Below are positions 12,049 to 25,071 of a stretch of 64,000 nucleotides of DNA, piece after piece (position 1 is the first letter of the stretch; each line of letters begins with the position of its first letter). This DNA comes from Podarcis muralis. Lineage: Eukaryota. The stretch covers positions 80,228,001-80,292,000 of the forward strand of contig NC_135656.1 of the NCBI RefSeq assembly GCF_964188315.1, given 5' to 3'. Below the pieces are notes generated by a model, which saw only the letters and a program-made list of their open reading frames with translations, was not told where the DNA came from and made no database searches. Both the position numbers and the translations under genes were made by a program.

Positions 12049-14625
12049 TACTATCAATGATATATAGCTCAGAAATATCACTGAGCATATACAGTGGTAT
12101 CTCTGTCCTGACTTTATGGGATAAATGTAACTGCCCAATTCAGTGCTCAAGGCTATTCCAGTGTAACTTGGTAACACTATCAAAATTCATTTGGGCTGTT
12201 TAGATTGTTTTCAACCTGAGGAAGCAGTATGGATTTTAAAATGAATTCTTTCTACATTAAAGCCGGATCAATCTTATTTACAAGGGTACACTACTTGAAA
12301 CCTTTTAGAAGGGTGCTTGCAAAGCAACTAAGATAAGAAAAGGTAAAGTGAATGCGGAAGTACAGAGAAACAAAGAGAAGTGACGAAAACTAGTGACAGG
12401 GGAGTATTATGAACTAACAAATCCATGTTAAGTCTCAAAGTGAAAGCTAATGAGGGAAACCTGCACAAGTGAATGCAACTGTACAAGAAGAATCTGAATT
12501 AGTACAGCAAGCACACTCTTAAAGACAAGAAGGCTCATTTGTTTTGGATGATAACTAAGAACCAGACAGGAATGAAATAAAAAGTCAGCATCTGCATATG
12601 TAGGATTTAACCTGCCTTGAGGTTTGGATCACTATACATTTCCATTTAGTCTCTTCCTGCATTTTGGGTATAGCCTGGGTTGAGTTAGGCAGGGCATTTT
12701 CACTACCTGACCTCCGTGGACCAGCTGAGCTGGCATCATCATCATTGCCCAGGCCTCTGCAAATCTACCTATACGCATGGCCTGGGACTTTCAGTGTTCC
12801 CATCATGTGAATTTGCATCTCAAATTAAACATTATCATCAACAAACATCCTGTCAGTTATTTCTGGTTCTTCATTGAAAAAAGATACCTTTGTGTACTAG
12901 GTGGGCAATTCTAAGCCAATAAATTCATGAAAATTAGCCAAACATAAAAGATGTGACCATTCGGTATTTTATGGCCTTATACTAATGGGAATGTGAACCT
13001 AAAGTGCCATTTATAAGGGTGAGGGCCTTTTGTAATGCCCCAACAGAGGAATCACCTCCCAGGAAAGGCTCGCCTCTCACCTATTTTAATATCTTTCCAT
13101 AGTAAAAAAATCCTCTCTTATTCTCTTAAGAATCAGCTATATTAATTCATTTATATCTAACTTGGAACATGGTTTTAGTGAGGATGTGTAGTGGCTCTCC
13201 ATTATTGTTTTATTACTTGACTTTTAGCCTCTGCTCCAGCTGTTTTGTTTTACAGGGATTCCGTGCTGTCATTTGACTGGTGTTTTATTTGGACTGGTGT
13301 TTTAAATTGTTTTATTCATTCATCACTTCAAGAACTCTAGTTATAATAAATGTAACAATCAAATGAGCTTTGCATTTTGGATCCACATATAGCTTATCAT
13401 TGTAGCACTATTTTTTTATACTCCTCCACTGAAGGGAAGCGGAGTTTAATAATAATATTATCAACCGTTAACCAGGCCGGACATACACAAAGCAGAGGGC
13501 AGACGAAAGGTCAGAAACAGCATTTGTGAAGGTTTAAGACAACACAAAGCACATTCTCAAGATCACTGAAAGTGCGGCATGATTTTAATTGCAAAGTAAA
13601 ATTGCTGACAGTTGACCTCTGTTCAAAGGGGCTCTTCTCCCCTCCCTTCGCAGTCAGCAAGTTTCTTTGTTTCACTTGCGGTTCAGACAGGGGAAAAGAA
13701 ATAGCAGGTTGTGCAGAAAAAAAACTACAAAGAAACAAAACAGAGGCCACAAAGCTGATTATGTGACCCGAGTACGGGCCCATTTTATTCCTAACAATTC
13801 TATTACCAAAACACTAATTTCTGTGTCCTGTTATTTTTAGATCTGCACTCTGTATGCAAGACTTACTGATATCAGTAGAGAACGAACTAGAGAGCCCTGA
13901 TGTAGCACAAAGGTTTGTGACCCTGGTGATGACAAAAAGGGCAAAACAATCCTCTTAATGTAAGCCTGTCCTAGGTGCAAGATCTCTCTTTGTGATTCAC
14001 TGGATTTATTGGCACACTTACAAAGCAGCCTTGCAGCTGAAGCCGATACATAACTAAAAAAAACAATTTTTCAAGTCAGGCAGTGTGCTTTTGCTGACTA
14101 AATACGAGCGTCAATGAATTCTCAAATATTTCATAACAGAATAAACTGGGAATGGCAAAGCCATTCGGAACCTCTAATGAACAAACTCCTGTGGGAAAGC
14201 AGGTTAATTTGTGATCTCCAACTACACCTTTGTAACCTATTTTGCTAAAGGTTTTCATGTATAAAGTCAAACATCTTCCATCTTTATTTTTCCCATCCTT
14301 CTGAACTTACAGATTAGATTCACTCAAAAGAAGTGAACTAAGGGAAGGTTGAGCAGTTCTTTAAAATGCAGACAGCACTTATTTCTTCCTCTGATTGTGA
14401 ACAATTTGGACAGTTCAAAAATCAGAACCCTCTACATGCCCAACACATTTCAGGTGCCATGGCCACAGCAGACTTTTAAAACAAAATTTGCAACTTGGGA
14501 GGTCCTGATTATCCACTTTTCCCCTTCAGCAGTTATCATTTGGCTTAGAAATATGAACGCCAAATATTTCTGAATCAGTCCTGAAGCGTATACCTCTTGC
14601 CTCAAAATCCTTAGATAGAGAGTTA

Positions 14626-14838
14626 TAGTCATACCTCCTTTTGCGTCCGGGATCCGTTCCAGAGCCCTGGATGTTCAACAAAAGAGACCTTCAACAAAGC
14701 GCACATGTGCAGAAGCGTGATTTAGTGCTTCTGCGCATGCGCCAAACCCAGAAGTAACCCGTTCTGGTACTTATGGGTTTGCCATGGATGTTCAACGAAA
14801 TGGACCCTAAATGGGGAGGACTCAAAACGAGTGTACTT
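14626..14838. mobile_element. Tc1/mariner-pogo MITE family B, degenerate copy
   Basis: Shares gggatccgttcc, gcgcatgcgc and aaacccagaagtaacccgttctggtactt with the 37855 copy. Confidence 0.7.
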
Positions 14839-15104
14839 GGAGAGTTGTCCTTGGTAGATGACACTTACGTTAGCATACTTAATAATAAATTGTGTTATTT
14901 AACTGAATTAACAATTCTCATGTTTTTAAGCTTATCAATATCATTACCACTTAAAATACTGGTAACAGTTCTCTAGTTGCTGCATTTATTGCTAAATGAT
15001 CTAACACACCTATCGGTGTTATTCCTCCTAACCTTCTTTATGGTGCCCACTGATAATCAGCACTTTATTCTGAATCAAGAGCCCAAATGAGTCACTGACT
15101 GTAC

Positions 15105-15323
15105 CTTTATTAGATATATTAAGGTTTCTTGAAGCTGAGATCTAGTAAGAACTGTCGGAGGTAATGTTGGAACATCTACTGCGCCAAGAGTGAGAGGAGA
15201 AGAGGAACCAACTTTGTTTTCGATGTCGGAGGACTTCATAGCTGACTGTTGGAACACACTAGGTGACAAGAGGACTGAAGGTGCCATTGTGGTTGTAGCT
15301 GCAGCAAACTGTGGGGAAGCAAC
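15105..15323 (-). CDS. DCP1A: DCP1A exon 9
   Basis: tttttgcag|VASPQFAAATTTMAPSVLLSPSVFQQ...SSSPLTLG...LTRSQLQETLIYLIK|gtacag; 219 nt, phase 0-0. Confidence 0.96.
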
Positions 15324-15978
15324 CTGCAAAAACAAGAAATCAAATGAGATGGGGGTGATTTTTTTCCTCATTTTTAAAGAACTATCTAGATATATTAAAG
15401 CCTCTTCTGACATTACCTTTCTGGTACTGTTTGAAGTCCCAGTTAAAATAGCAGGAACCAGTGATGTAGCTCCTTGGCACACCGGCAAAAGAAGTGGCTG
15501 CTTCACTGGCTCTTATGTGACCTGGGTGCTTCCAACATTACACAAGCTGCAGGGACTTGCAGGCAGAAATGAAACGGCTTAAGTTGAAAGGGCCTCACAA
15601 AAGCCATGGATGCTAACAGTAACCACTGTGACCAACCTGGATCACAACGTTGAGTAAATAATTAATAAACCCAAATTTTTATTCTGGCATACTGATGTGG
15701 TAGCTCAAAGAGAACTCTGTAGCAATTTACATTAATATGGATAGCAATACAATTGTTGATGCCTTCTTGGACTATTTGTACCAGCATATAAACTTGATCT
15801 TATAAAGAAATGAGAGATTACTAAGATGTGCTCTGGAAAAATTGGGCACTTTTATAGAGAGCAGCCAATTGCATTATTGTTTTATGAGCTACAAGGGAAA
15901 GGATTGTTGGCTAGGCATATTTCAATTCTTGCAAGACCTGGAGGTCTCCAGAAGGAGTATACTAGTAAAGGAGAACTA

Positions 15979-16328
15979 AAAGGTAAAGGGACCCCTGACC
16001 ATTAGGTCCAGTCGTGGCCGACTCTGGGGTTGAGGCTCATCTCACTTTATTGGCCGAGGGAGCCGGCATACAGCTTCCGGGTCATGTGGCCAGCATGACT
16101 AAGCCACTTCTGGCGAACCAGAGCAGCGCACGGAAACGCCATTTACCTTCCCGCCGGAGCGGTACCTATTTATCTACTTGCACTTTGAGGTGCTTTCAAA
16201 CTGCTAGGTTGGCAGGAGCAGGGACCGAGCAATGGGAGCTCACCCCGTCATGGGGATTCAAACCGGCGACCTTCTGATCGGCTAGTCCTAGGCTCTGTGG
16301 TTTAACTCACAGCGCCACCCGCGTCCCC
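15979..16328 (-). mobile_element. Sauria SINE (Squam1), full length
   Basis: tRNA-derived head and ...cctttacctttt tail. Perfect 13-bp TSD taaaggagaacta at 15966-15978 and 16329-16341. Confidence 0.92.
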
Positions 16329-16487
16329 TAAAGGAGAACTAGGTCATCCTAATTAATGCATAGGGATCAGGATTCAAGACACATTGGGTTGTCAGCCTGG
16401 ATGGAACCAGGTTTTGTTGAGAATTGGCCTTTGCACAAATCCAGACAGGGAAAGACACTCTGGTGATGCAAGGATTTAAATACATAC

Positions 16488-16553
16488 TTGGCTTGCCTTT
16501 GACAAAGCTTTGGGGTGTGAAAATGTTTCAAGCTCCTTGCTTTGCTGTGCAAC
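16488..16553 (-). CDS. DCP1A: DCP1A exon 8
   Basis: tgtag|VAQQSKELETFSHPKALSKASQ|gtatgt; 66 nt. Length, phase and residues match the human exon SMQQNQDPEVFVQPKVLSSAIQ as recalled. Confidence 0.88.
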
Positions 16554-17537
16554 CTACAATTTTAAAGAAAGAAATACGTAGTATCTGAACAACCCAGCAT
16601 TCTTCTTAAATTTCCCCCTTTAAAAAATGCATACACATACACATGCTATTGCTTCATTTGTTAAATAAGATACCTAAGGTAACCTATTATAAGAGTTCGT
16701 AACCAAAATTGTCAGTTACGTACTGTACTACTCCTCACTGCATGCTTGCTTGGAAAGGTGAGACTTGGTCTTCCTGATTCAAGCACAGTTCTCTGACCAT
16801 CTAGTCTCTACTGACATAATCAACAAATAATCAGCACAATTTCATCTGTACTGGACCAAAGTGTTCTGATCAATACATCACTTTTAAAGAAAAACACGGA
16901 AAACCCAACATTGTTAAAAAATAACTAACTGGCTAGCCAGAACAGCGTTATAAAGCACCCTTTACAAGACTAGTATCCAATACAAATGTCCAATTCACCC
17001 GCTGGCAAGAAAGAGAAATTGTGTTGGCACTTTCAGACTCAAATAACATAGTGTAATAACATGAGAACCGCTGCTAACAGCACTAACCTACCAATGGTTT
17101 TACAATCAACCTTATTGCTAAAGCAATCTACATATATTAATTTACTAGGAGCCGCAACCCCTGCTCATTTTGCTCGCCCGAGCCGTGCACCTCTGTCCTC
17201 CCCACAGCTCGCCTAGGCAGCAGCTCAGGCAAGCCACAGAGGAACAGGCAGGACAAGCTGGGGCAGCTCCCCAGCAATTGCCCTGCTCTGCTGCCACTTC
17301 CCTCCCTGGCCTTCCATGCTGATGAGGCTGGAATAGCAAAAGCCACGAGAGGCATGCAGTGGCAGCAGAGCAGGACAGCTGATGGGAAGCTGGTCTTCTG
17401 CAGCTCACCTGGGCTGCACTCCAACTGCTTGCTCCACCCACTTGCCTCCATACCTGGGCCACCCGCCTGCTTCTCTATTGTGAACAGCAGTGTGATAACA
17501 CTCTATAACCATTTTATTATACACTAAGAGAACTGAC

Positions 17538-18287
17538 CTGAACAGATGGAATTGCTTTACCGGTCAGGGCTTGTTTGGTGTGGGATTCTTTGAAACGATC
17601 TGGGGTCGCCAGCTGGCTAGCGGCAGAGGAGGAGTTAGGTGCTACTGGCGCTTTATTTGCCGACTGCTGCATAACATCATGTTGTGGGGTCAGCCTGAGT
17701 TTTTGAAGGAGATCCGTATTTGGATGCGGCATGTTCGAAGCGCTTTCTGTACTGGTTGCAGCCAAAGATGTTAAGAATTGGTTCTGACTGGGAGTGATGT
17801 TCTGCGGACCGTGGTTCATATCAGACGGCTGCTGATTCACAAGCGGAGACATTTGCTTGGCAGCCTGCTGCATAACTTGCAGCATGTTATTGTTTGTGCT
17901 GCCGCTCTGAAGCATTTGCACACAGGGAGCTTCTGTGGCCAGAGTGGAATTAAGGTTAGGGCTTAGCTGTACGGCATAGTTTGGAGCTTTATTCACTTCA
18001 GGTTGTGGGGCAGAAGGTGAGGCAATCAGTAAGGGCGGCATACACTCCTGTGGCAATAAGGTACAAGAATTACTTTTGAAGCTTGAGCCATCCAGTTTCC
18101 CCAGAGGCTGATGGATCACTGTCGACTGCTCAAATGAAAAAGGAAGGAGCAAATTGTGCTCTCTGCATGAGGGGTCAGGCTTCTTGGTTCTCTCTGGATT
18201 AGAGTAGGGAACTGTACTGTGTTCCTTTGGAAATGAAGTTCCAAATAACTCTTCCACTGTTAGGTGTTTTGGTATGGATGAGCACGG
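17538..18287 (-). CDS. DCP1A: DCP1A exon 7 (large, low-complexity region)
   Basis: tctctgtttctag|PCSSIPKHLTVEELFGTS...DLLQKLRLTPQHD...QLATPDRF...SVQ|gtcagt; 750 nt, phase 0-0. Confidence 0.96.
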
Positions 18288-20189
18288 CTAGAAACAGAGA
18301 AAAAAAGAACGAGCAGAAGCTCAGCTTAAAATGTATGCAAAGACAAGTCTCCAGTAAATTAGTGGTAGTGTGCAGAATTTAAAAGAGAACAGCTTGCTAA
18401 AAGTTATAGAGCCATGCAAAAAACACATTACGGGCCATAGGTTTTATCAACAATATTTTTATACTTATGTGGCACAATATGCTTGTATATCACGGTGAAA
18501 CAATACATGCTAACAACCAATTCTTGGAATCCCAATTGAAAGAGTTTGTTTTCCTACTGCTTTTCATTGTCCTTAAAATTGCAAAGCATTTTAATTTGCA
18601 AATACCTTTAAGGGGAGAATATTTATCAGGTGACTTAAAAAAATGATGGAGCCGTAAGCACACTTGCCCCAAGAAGCTATTTATTTTCATACTCCTTCAC
18701 CCATTCTACACAAATATTGCCATCCTATCTCATGGCAGTCCAAATGATACTTCAAGGAATTATCAGTTTCGCCTCACAAATAAGTAGTTCATATTTGTAA
18801 AGATTGCAAACTATAATAGATAAGTACAAAAAAGGAGTTTAAAGTAGAAGTAAGCTCTGCACATGGGCATAGGAAGGAATGAGCTGCTAGAAGGCCAACA
18901 AAAGGGCACTGGGTTACTTTGCATGGCATGGTGTGTTACTGTACACAAGGCAGAGCTCCAGCAGGGAGGAGAAACGGGGTTGTGTGTTATTACTGCAAGG
19001 ATTTATTTGCTCCCTGTGAACAGAAGCAAATATTCGTGGTGAGAAAATTAGCTCCCTGCCACTTTCAGAACTGCAAAACTCATTTATATATATAAAAAAT
19101 TGGAAGCCGTTTCATAATACAATATAATAAAAGACAAATGAATCTAAACGAAAAGGAAAAAAAAATAGCAAAGTCCTCTCTCAAATAGATCTTAGCCCTT
19201 GTCTCACAGAGAATGGGGTTGACCCTTCCAGTTATCACCTGAGAGATTCCCTTTCTTCCCTTCCCTGCCTCTCACACAGGGCCCTTCACCAGCCAGCCAT
19301 TACCTTCGATGTGTGTATAATCCCAATAATGGCCCAGAATAGAAGACACCAAAAAGGAAAGAAGGGAGGGAGGGAGGGAGGGAAGAGAATAATAAACGGA
19401 AAAAAGGTGGCAGAGAAAGAGAAATAAAAAGGATGGAAAAACTCCTGTGATCTAGAAGTGTAACATTTTAGAATCTTACAGCACTGGTTCACTTTAATCT
19501 TCAATTCCATACTAATAATTGGGACTATGCACCCCAAACCCCATTAAGAGCCAAAAAGGCAGATAAGACTACTTCTGATCAAATGCATCAATTTAAAAAT
19601 TGAAACATCCAACATCCAAAATTCTCCTTGTAGATCTGTCAAAAACCCTCAGTGGCTTCAGTAAGACAAAATGGCCCTAAAACCCCATTTCTAGAAGGAG
19701 ACTCTCCAAGATTAAATTGTGCACCACTTCTTTTCCTCCATTAGATGGCACTATTAGCAGGCACAAGACCTACAAGACCTGCTCATCTTATTTCTTGCAA
19801 CCAGTTTTCTGTATTAGTATACAGTATCTTTCTTGGCTATCTGTCTCACTTCTTAGCCAAAGCTCCTGTTTAGTTGACTGATAAGCTTTAAGATGTCCGA
19901 CGAGGGCCAAAAGCTGGCCTAGGTGGTCAGACCTCCCTACTGTTGCTGTAAAAGCAAGCTACAGAAGGGGCAGAATCCAATGGGCGCTGCCCCATGTTTA
20001 GACATACAACAGAGTCATGAATGCTGCACTCATGGTTCTCACATTCTTCTTTCTAAGCTTAAAGCACCATGGAAAAGAAAAGTTCCCGTCTAGCCTGTTT
20101 CTCTTGTGTTAGGAACTCTTGTTGTTTTTAAAGCAGCAGGGGAAGCTTGAGATCACGCCACCTGATCTCAAATATAATATGTGATAGTT

Positions 20190-20286
20190 ACAGATAGGTA
20201 GCCGTGTTGGTCTGCCATAGTCAAAACAAAAAAATTCCTTCCAGTAGCACCTTAAAGACCAACTAAGTTAGTTCTTAGAAGTGTGC
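20190..20286 (-). mobile_element. Short Penelope-like (PLE)-derived retroposon, ribozyme core lost
   Basis: 97 bp between perfect 16-bp TSDs ataatatgtgatagtt (20174-20189, 20287-20302). The shared part is identical to 56377-56432 apart from T-run length. Confidence 0.8.
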
Positions 20287-20336
20287 ATAATATGTGATAG
20301 TTCAGCAGGTATCGTTCAACACAGCGTTCATCCATA

Positions 20337-20562
20337 CAGTGGTACCTCGGGTTAAGTATTTAATTCGTTCTGGAGGTCTGTTCTTAACCTGAAACTGTTC
20401 TTAACCTGAAGCACCACTTTAGCTAATGGGGCCTCCTGCTGCCACTGCACCTCCAGAGCACGATTTCTGTTCTCATCCTGAAGCAAAGTTCTTAACCTGA
20501 GGTACTATTTCTGGGTTAGTGGAGTCTGTCACCTGAAGCGTATGTAACCTGAGGTACCACTG
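20337..20562 (-). mobile_element. Tc1/mariner-pogo MITE family A (inverted relative to the 11807 copy)
   Basis: TA|cagtggtacctcgggtt...aacctgaggtaccactg|TA. Its reverse complement aligns end to end with 11807-12048. Confidence 0.9.
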
Positions 20563-21372
20563 TACCTTTAAAATGAAGACAACAGGGGTTGTTTCCAATG
20601 CTGTCCCTTCTGTACACAAAAGGCTCTTTGATCCAGCAGAAGAGGGAGGGGGTTGGGGTTTTTTGTTTGTTTTGTTTTTGGCAAATTGCCTCTTTCTTCT
20701 GCCGTCTTCCAAGTTGTTCTGGAGGGTCTCCAGAGGGAAGGGGGAAATCAGTGAAAATTATTTCCCACCCCCTTCTGTTTATGGAAGCCTCTGCTGGATC
20801 CAAACAGCTGCCTATGAACAGCACTGAATGCAATCTACAGAACACCATGTTCCAGTAAGAAGGACCTATAAACTCATAATGGTTGTTACCAACTGGTGGC
20901 TCTGCACTAGTGTTAAGCACTTCCACTTGCACAAAACATGGCTCCCAATTTTACTGATCTCTCCTACCCAGGACAAGTCCCCTATGCCCCTCAAAAGCTT
21001 TTCCTGAGAGCCAGAGGATCCTCTGAAACACTATGGGATATAGCACAGAGGGCGTCAATTGTTGGGGGGAATTGGTGAAAATGGGGTGCCTTGGCTCACA
21101 ATACTACCATTGGATACAACCAGTGCTTTTTTTCTTTCAAAATGTTAAGGAGTGCTCTCATTTTGACTCAAGAAAAACACCATTTTATAGTTTAAATCAG
21201 GAAGAATAAATATAGTAAATGGATAAAAGGACAAAGATTCACAAAATATTTAGGGGTATGCGACCCCCTGCGTCCCCCCAGAAAAAAAGCACTGGATACA
21301 ACCCCATGATCCAATTATTATAAAGGTAACAAAACAGTGCAGTAGTGTCACAGTGCTTTAAAATGAACATAC

Positions 21373-21483
21373 ATGGTCTTGCATTTGTAACATTGATGAT
21401 CCATGCTCTGAAATCTCTGTATTTTCCGTCTTTGTGGGATGTGCACTTGGTTGTGTCCAACAAATGAGGTCACTCTTCTGATT
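21373..21483 (-). CDS. DCP1A: DCP1A exon 6
   Basis: tttctag|NQKSDLICWTQPSAHPTKTENTEISEHGSSMLQMQDH|gtatgt; 111 nt, phase 0-0. Divergent, but starts NQ like the human exon and closes the frame. Confidence 0.85.
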
Positions 21484-24400
21484 CTAGAAAATAAAATGCA
21501 TTATTGTTTTTAATTCCCACTCAGACGTGTTCATTTTTCGCACCCCTCTATAAACCTCCCAGGAAGATCTCTGCCTTGCCTGCTCTTCTTCTCTCTGCAC
21601 TTTTATGCTTTTCACAACATACTATCTATTCAATATTGTGGTTATCACACTGCACAATCATATGATAGTTCTGCCAGTGTCATGAGAAGGCACGACTTGA
21701 TCAGAAGCTGATTAAACATTATGGCCAGTATCACCCAGCTTCAACCCAAACAGTTCTCCCAGCCGTTGTCAGCTAGACAAGAATGCATGACTCAGGCCAT
21801 TTGGTTACCCAAATGAATGGAGAAGATACAGAATGTCTAGGCAACAGAGTTTTAAAACATCTCTTACAGCTATACAACCGGGTGCACGTCCTCTAAAAGG
21901 GTAGATGTGCTTACACTTGTGAAAATACACACCAAGGTGTACACAGAACAATTATAAAATTAGCTAGGACAGTCGTGAGTCCAGCATGTTTCCAGGCATT
22001 AGGCAAATGTACTAACAGCACTAAAATAAAGTGATGATTCAGCTTCATGGTTCAAGAGACCTGCCAGTTTAAATCTTTTGAGTGTGCCATTTATGATGCA
22101 GTCAACAGAGCCGAAGTTGACAGTCTTTGCTGCTGTTGGAGAAAAAATTCAGTCGATATATTACCTTACGCAAAGTTTTTCCCCAAGTACAAGCTTCAAG
22201 CTTCATGAGCTGACCATCAACACAAGGAAGTTAAGCCGACTGTAGCAAGCTGCAAACATGGTCAGCAATGGAAACCTGCCACATCACTACAACTTTGCAT
22301 AAATATGTAAAGATGTACTTTATCTTACAGATTTAAAATTCACAACATAGATTGACAATACCCCGTCTGCCGTGTCTGTTTCTCCCCGCCCCCCAATTTC
22401 CTGCACTTTTAGTGTGGTTAACATTTTGGTAAGGAATTTAAGCCCATTTTCATTGTTTATAAATACAATCCCAAAATATCATTGCTTGTTTAAGGCCAGG
22501 TTACAAAAAAGTGTTATAATCTTTCTGAAGCGGGAGGGGAAAAGTTAGCTATTTAAAAAAAAGAATCTACCCACTAACCAAACTCATTCATTTTCACATA
22601 CCGACTGGATGCAGAGAATACATGAAAGATTAAGCTGATTTAGAATCCTATATTAAATCACTCAGGCAGTTACAAAGCTCTTTTCTCACTCCTGGCTACC
22701 CATTCTCATGCCGACTCTCTGCCCACCACATGTGGGCTGCACAGCAGGATTATTTTATGATCCATCTGGACTGTACTAGGCAGATTTTTCTATAAAATGC
22801 AAATTCATCTATAATTATTATAGACTCAAGATAATTGGCAAGGAATTAGTAAGAGGAATGACATAAAAACATACACATGCTTGAAAAAACATGCAATTAA
22901 AAAAATAAGGAGCAATAATGTGTAAGTCACATGACACAGCAACAGAAAGAACCCACAACTAAACAACATAAAACACTAATTCAATTTATACCAGGAGTTT
23001 ATTTCTAAAGCTTCTCTCTCATTTCTTTCATTAAACAGGTACTTTACAGAGCTGCATATTTAGAAGCATCACCTCTGAAAACCAAACTGGATAGCTGTGG
23101 TTTAGGGCACATTTCAATAGCTGGAGGAGTTATGCAAAGTATGCGCAAGAATGTGGAGTCGGAGTCCCTGCCTCCCACAGATGGAAGAGGCAGCATTATA
23201 ATGAATTCAACCTGCCCTGAGTGTACAGAATGGTGTATACATTAAATCAAGTGATTCAATTCAACCTGTCCAAGCTATTCATATTAGACCCCAAGAGAAA
23301 AGAGGGCATGCAGATTTAGACAGAAAGTTAGCTTACAATGACGTTTACAAGACAGACAAGTAGACATATTTTCCAGAATAGTTCACATGATTAAGGTTGC
23401 CAAATTATTTCTGGGCTTCTCCTTTGTCTTTAACAGCATGGAAAGCAGAAAATTAGGAGGTGAAGGTTTTCTTTATTCCATTATGTAGATACAGAAATAA
23501 TGTTAATGTCTCAATGTTGTTGAATTGTGTTGAGAAATCCCATGAACAGCGTTGCGGCCACAAAACATTCCACACATGAAGAGGGGAAGGGGGGGAGTAT
23601 TTTCAATGACTTCTCCTTCCTTCCGTCGCTCCCTGAGAGGTATACTGTAGCACTAGGGGACCCTTCAGAAAAGTGTGGCAGGTGGTGAATAAGGCTTCAT
23701 GGGGAAATTGCCATAAGTCATCTTCTCATCCATGACTGGGAACCCCTGGTGGATCCAGGCCTCTTTCAAAAAATGGAAGGAGATACTCTGGACCCAACTA
23801 ATTGAAACTGCTCCTTTTCTTAATTCATTCTACTCCACCACCTTAAAAAAATCAAAATCAAGGAGTACTTGCTAATTCTCTTCTCTCTTATTACCTCTAG
23901 TCCTACCTGATTCATTTAACATGACAAGATGGGTGGGGGCTTGAAGTAGATGAGGCGTACACAGTGCACACGTTTCTGAAGGACTGGACACCCCACCACA
24001 GGCGAGTTGGAGGGATGGTGGGGAGACTGCCATAGTTAATAGAACCTAGGCAGTAATGGATGTGTGGTTGCAATACAATTAAGAAGACACAGGGTGAGCT
24101 AGACAACTATACATTATCTAGATAGATTACTACTGAAGGTGAGGGTTGGGAAGGCATTAAACGAAGAAATTTAAACTGATCAGATGTAAAATACTAAGGC
24201 AAAACCATATTTGCATGTTTAACTCACATAACCCCCTTCTCCCAAATAAAACAGAAGCTTGGGGGAGAAATCTCTCTCTCTCTCTCTCATTGTTTCTCCT
24301 TATAGGTTTTCAGTCAACACTGTCAGAGCCAAGACAGATTATGTCGCCATTATTTTATAAACCATGACAGGCTACTGTTTTCGTTTTTAAAAGGTACAGC

Positions 24401-25071
24401 AACTTATTCTAGCTGGGATAAACACCAATGTGTCTAAAATTGGTATTCCAGGATAGATGAAAGCCCTTAGCCATTTGCTTCATGATTCAACATGCCCTGA
24501 GGCATTGTAATATTGCCATGCACTGCCTATGATGATTCACTGCTCACTCTTTCTCCTTCAGCAAGTTCGGGTAAGGAGAAAGAAAACAGACTGTATTATA
24601 GTACTGAAGACTGTAAGGAAAGTTTCTAGTGTGAAGTTGTGCTAGGGGGATACTAAAATACAGGCAACTTTGTTGTTGCCCACTTTTCCTGGACTGTTGG
24701 TAATATAATCAAGTTTGCACAGAAGGAACATGAACCTTCAGTAATAGTAAGCAACACCTCCATTGACATTTATCTCAGCTTCCAGAAAGGCAGCCATTTG
24801 AGATTGAAATTAAATTTCAAAAGCCTAATTATGTACAGTGACACACAAAAATTACATTAATGGAAATCCAGTTATTCTCAGAAAAACAAGGCAGGACAGC
24901 CCCATTTTGCCAGTGCCTACTGCTAGAAAAAGAAAAGAGAATGAATGGAAATAATTGAGGGATAACCATCCAACAGTTAGCAAAAAAAAGTACACCAAGT
25001 TTATTTTGGCTCCCACTAAAATATGTAATGCAAGTCTGACCTCTGATTTCTAATACAGATACTTTCCTTAC

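Noticed and set aside
17310-17352. CTGATGA followed by a GGCT/AGCC stem, hammerhead-like
   Set aside because: Stem II is followed by ACGAG, not GAAA, so the catalytic core is incomplete.
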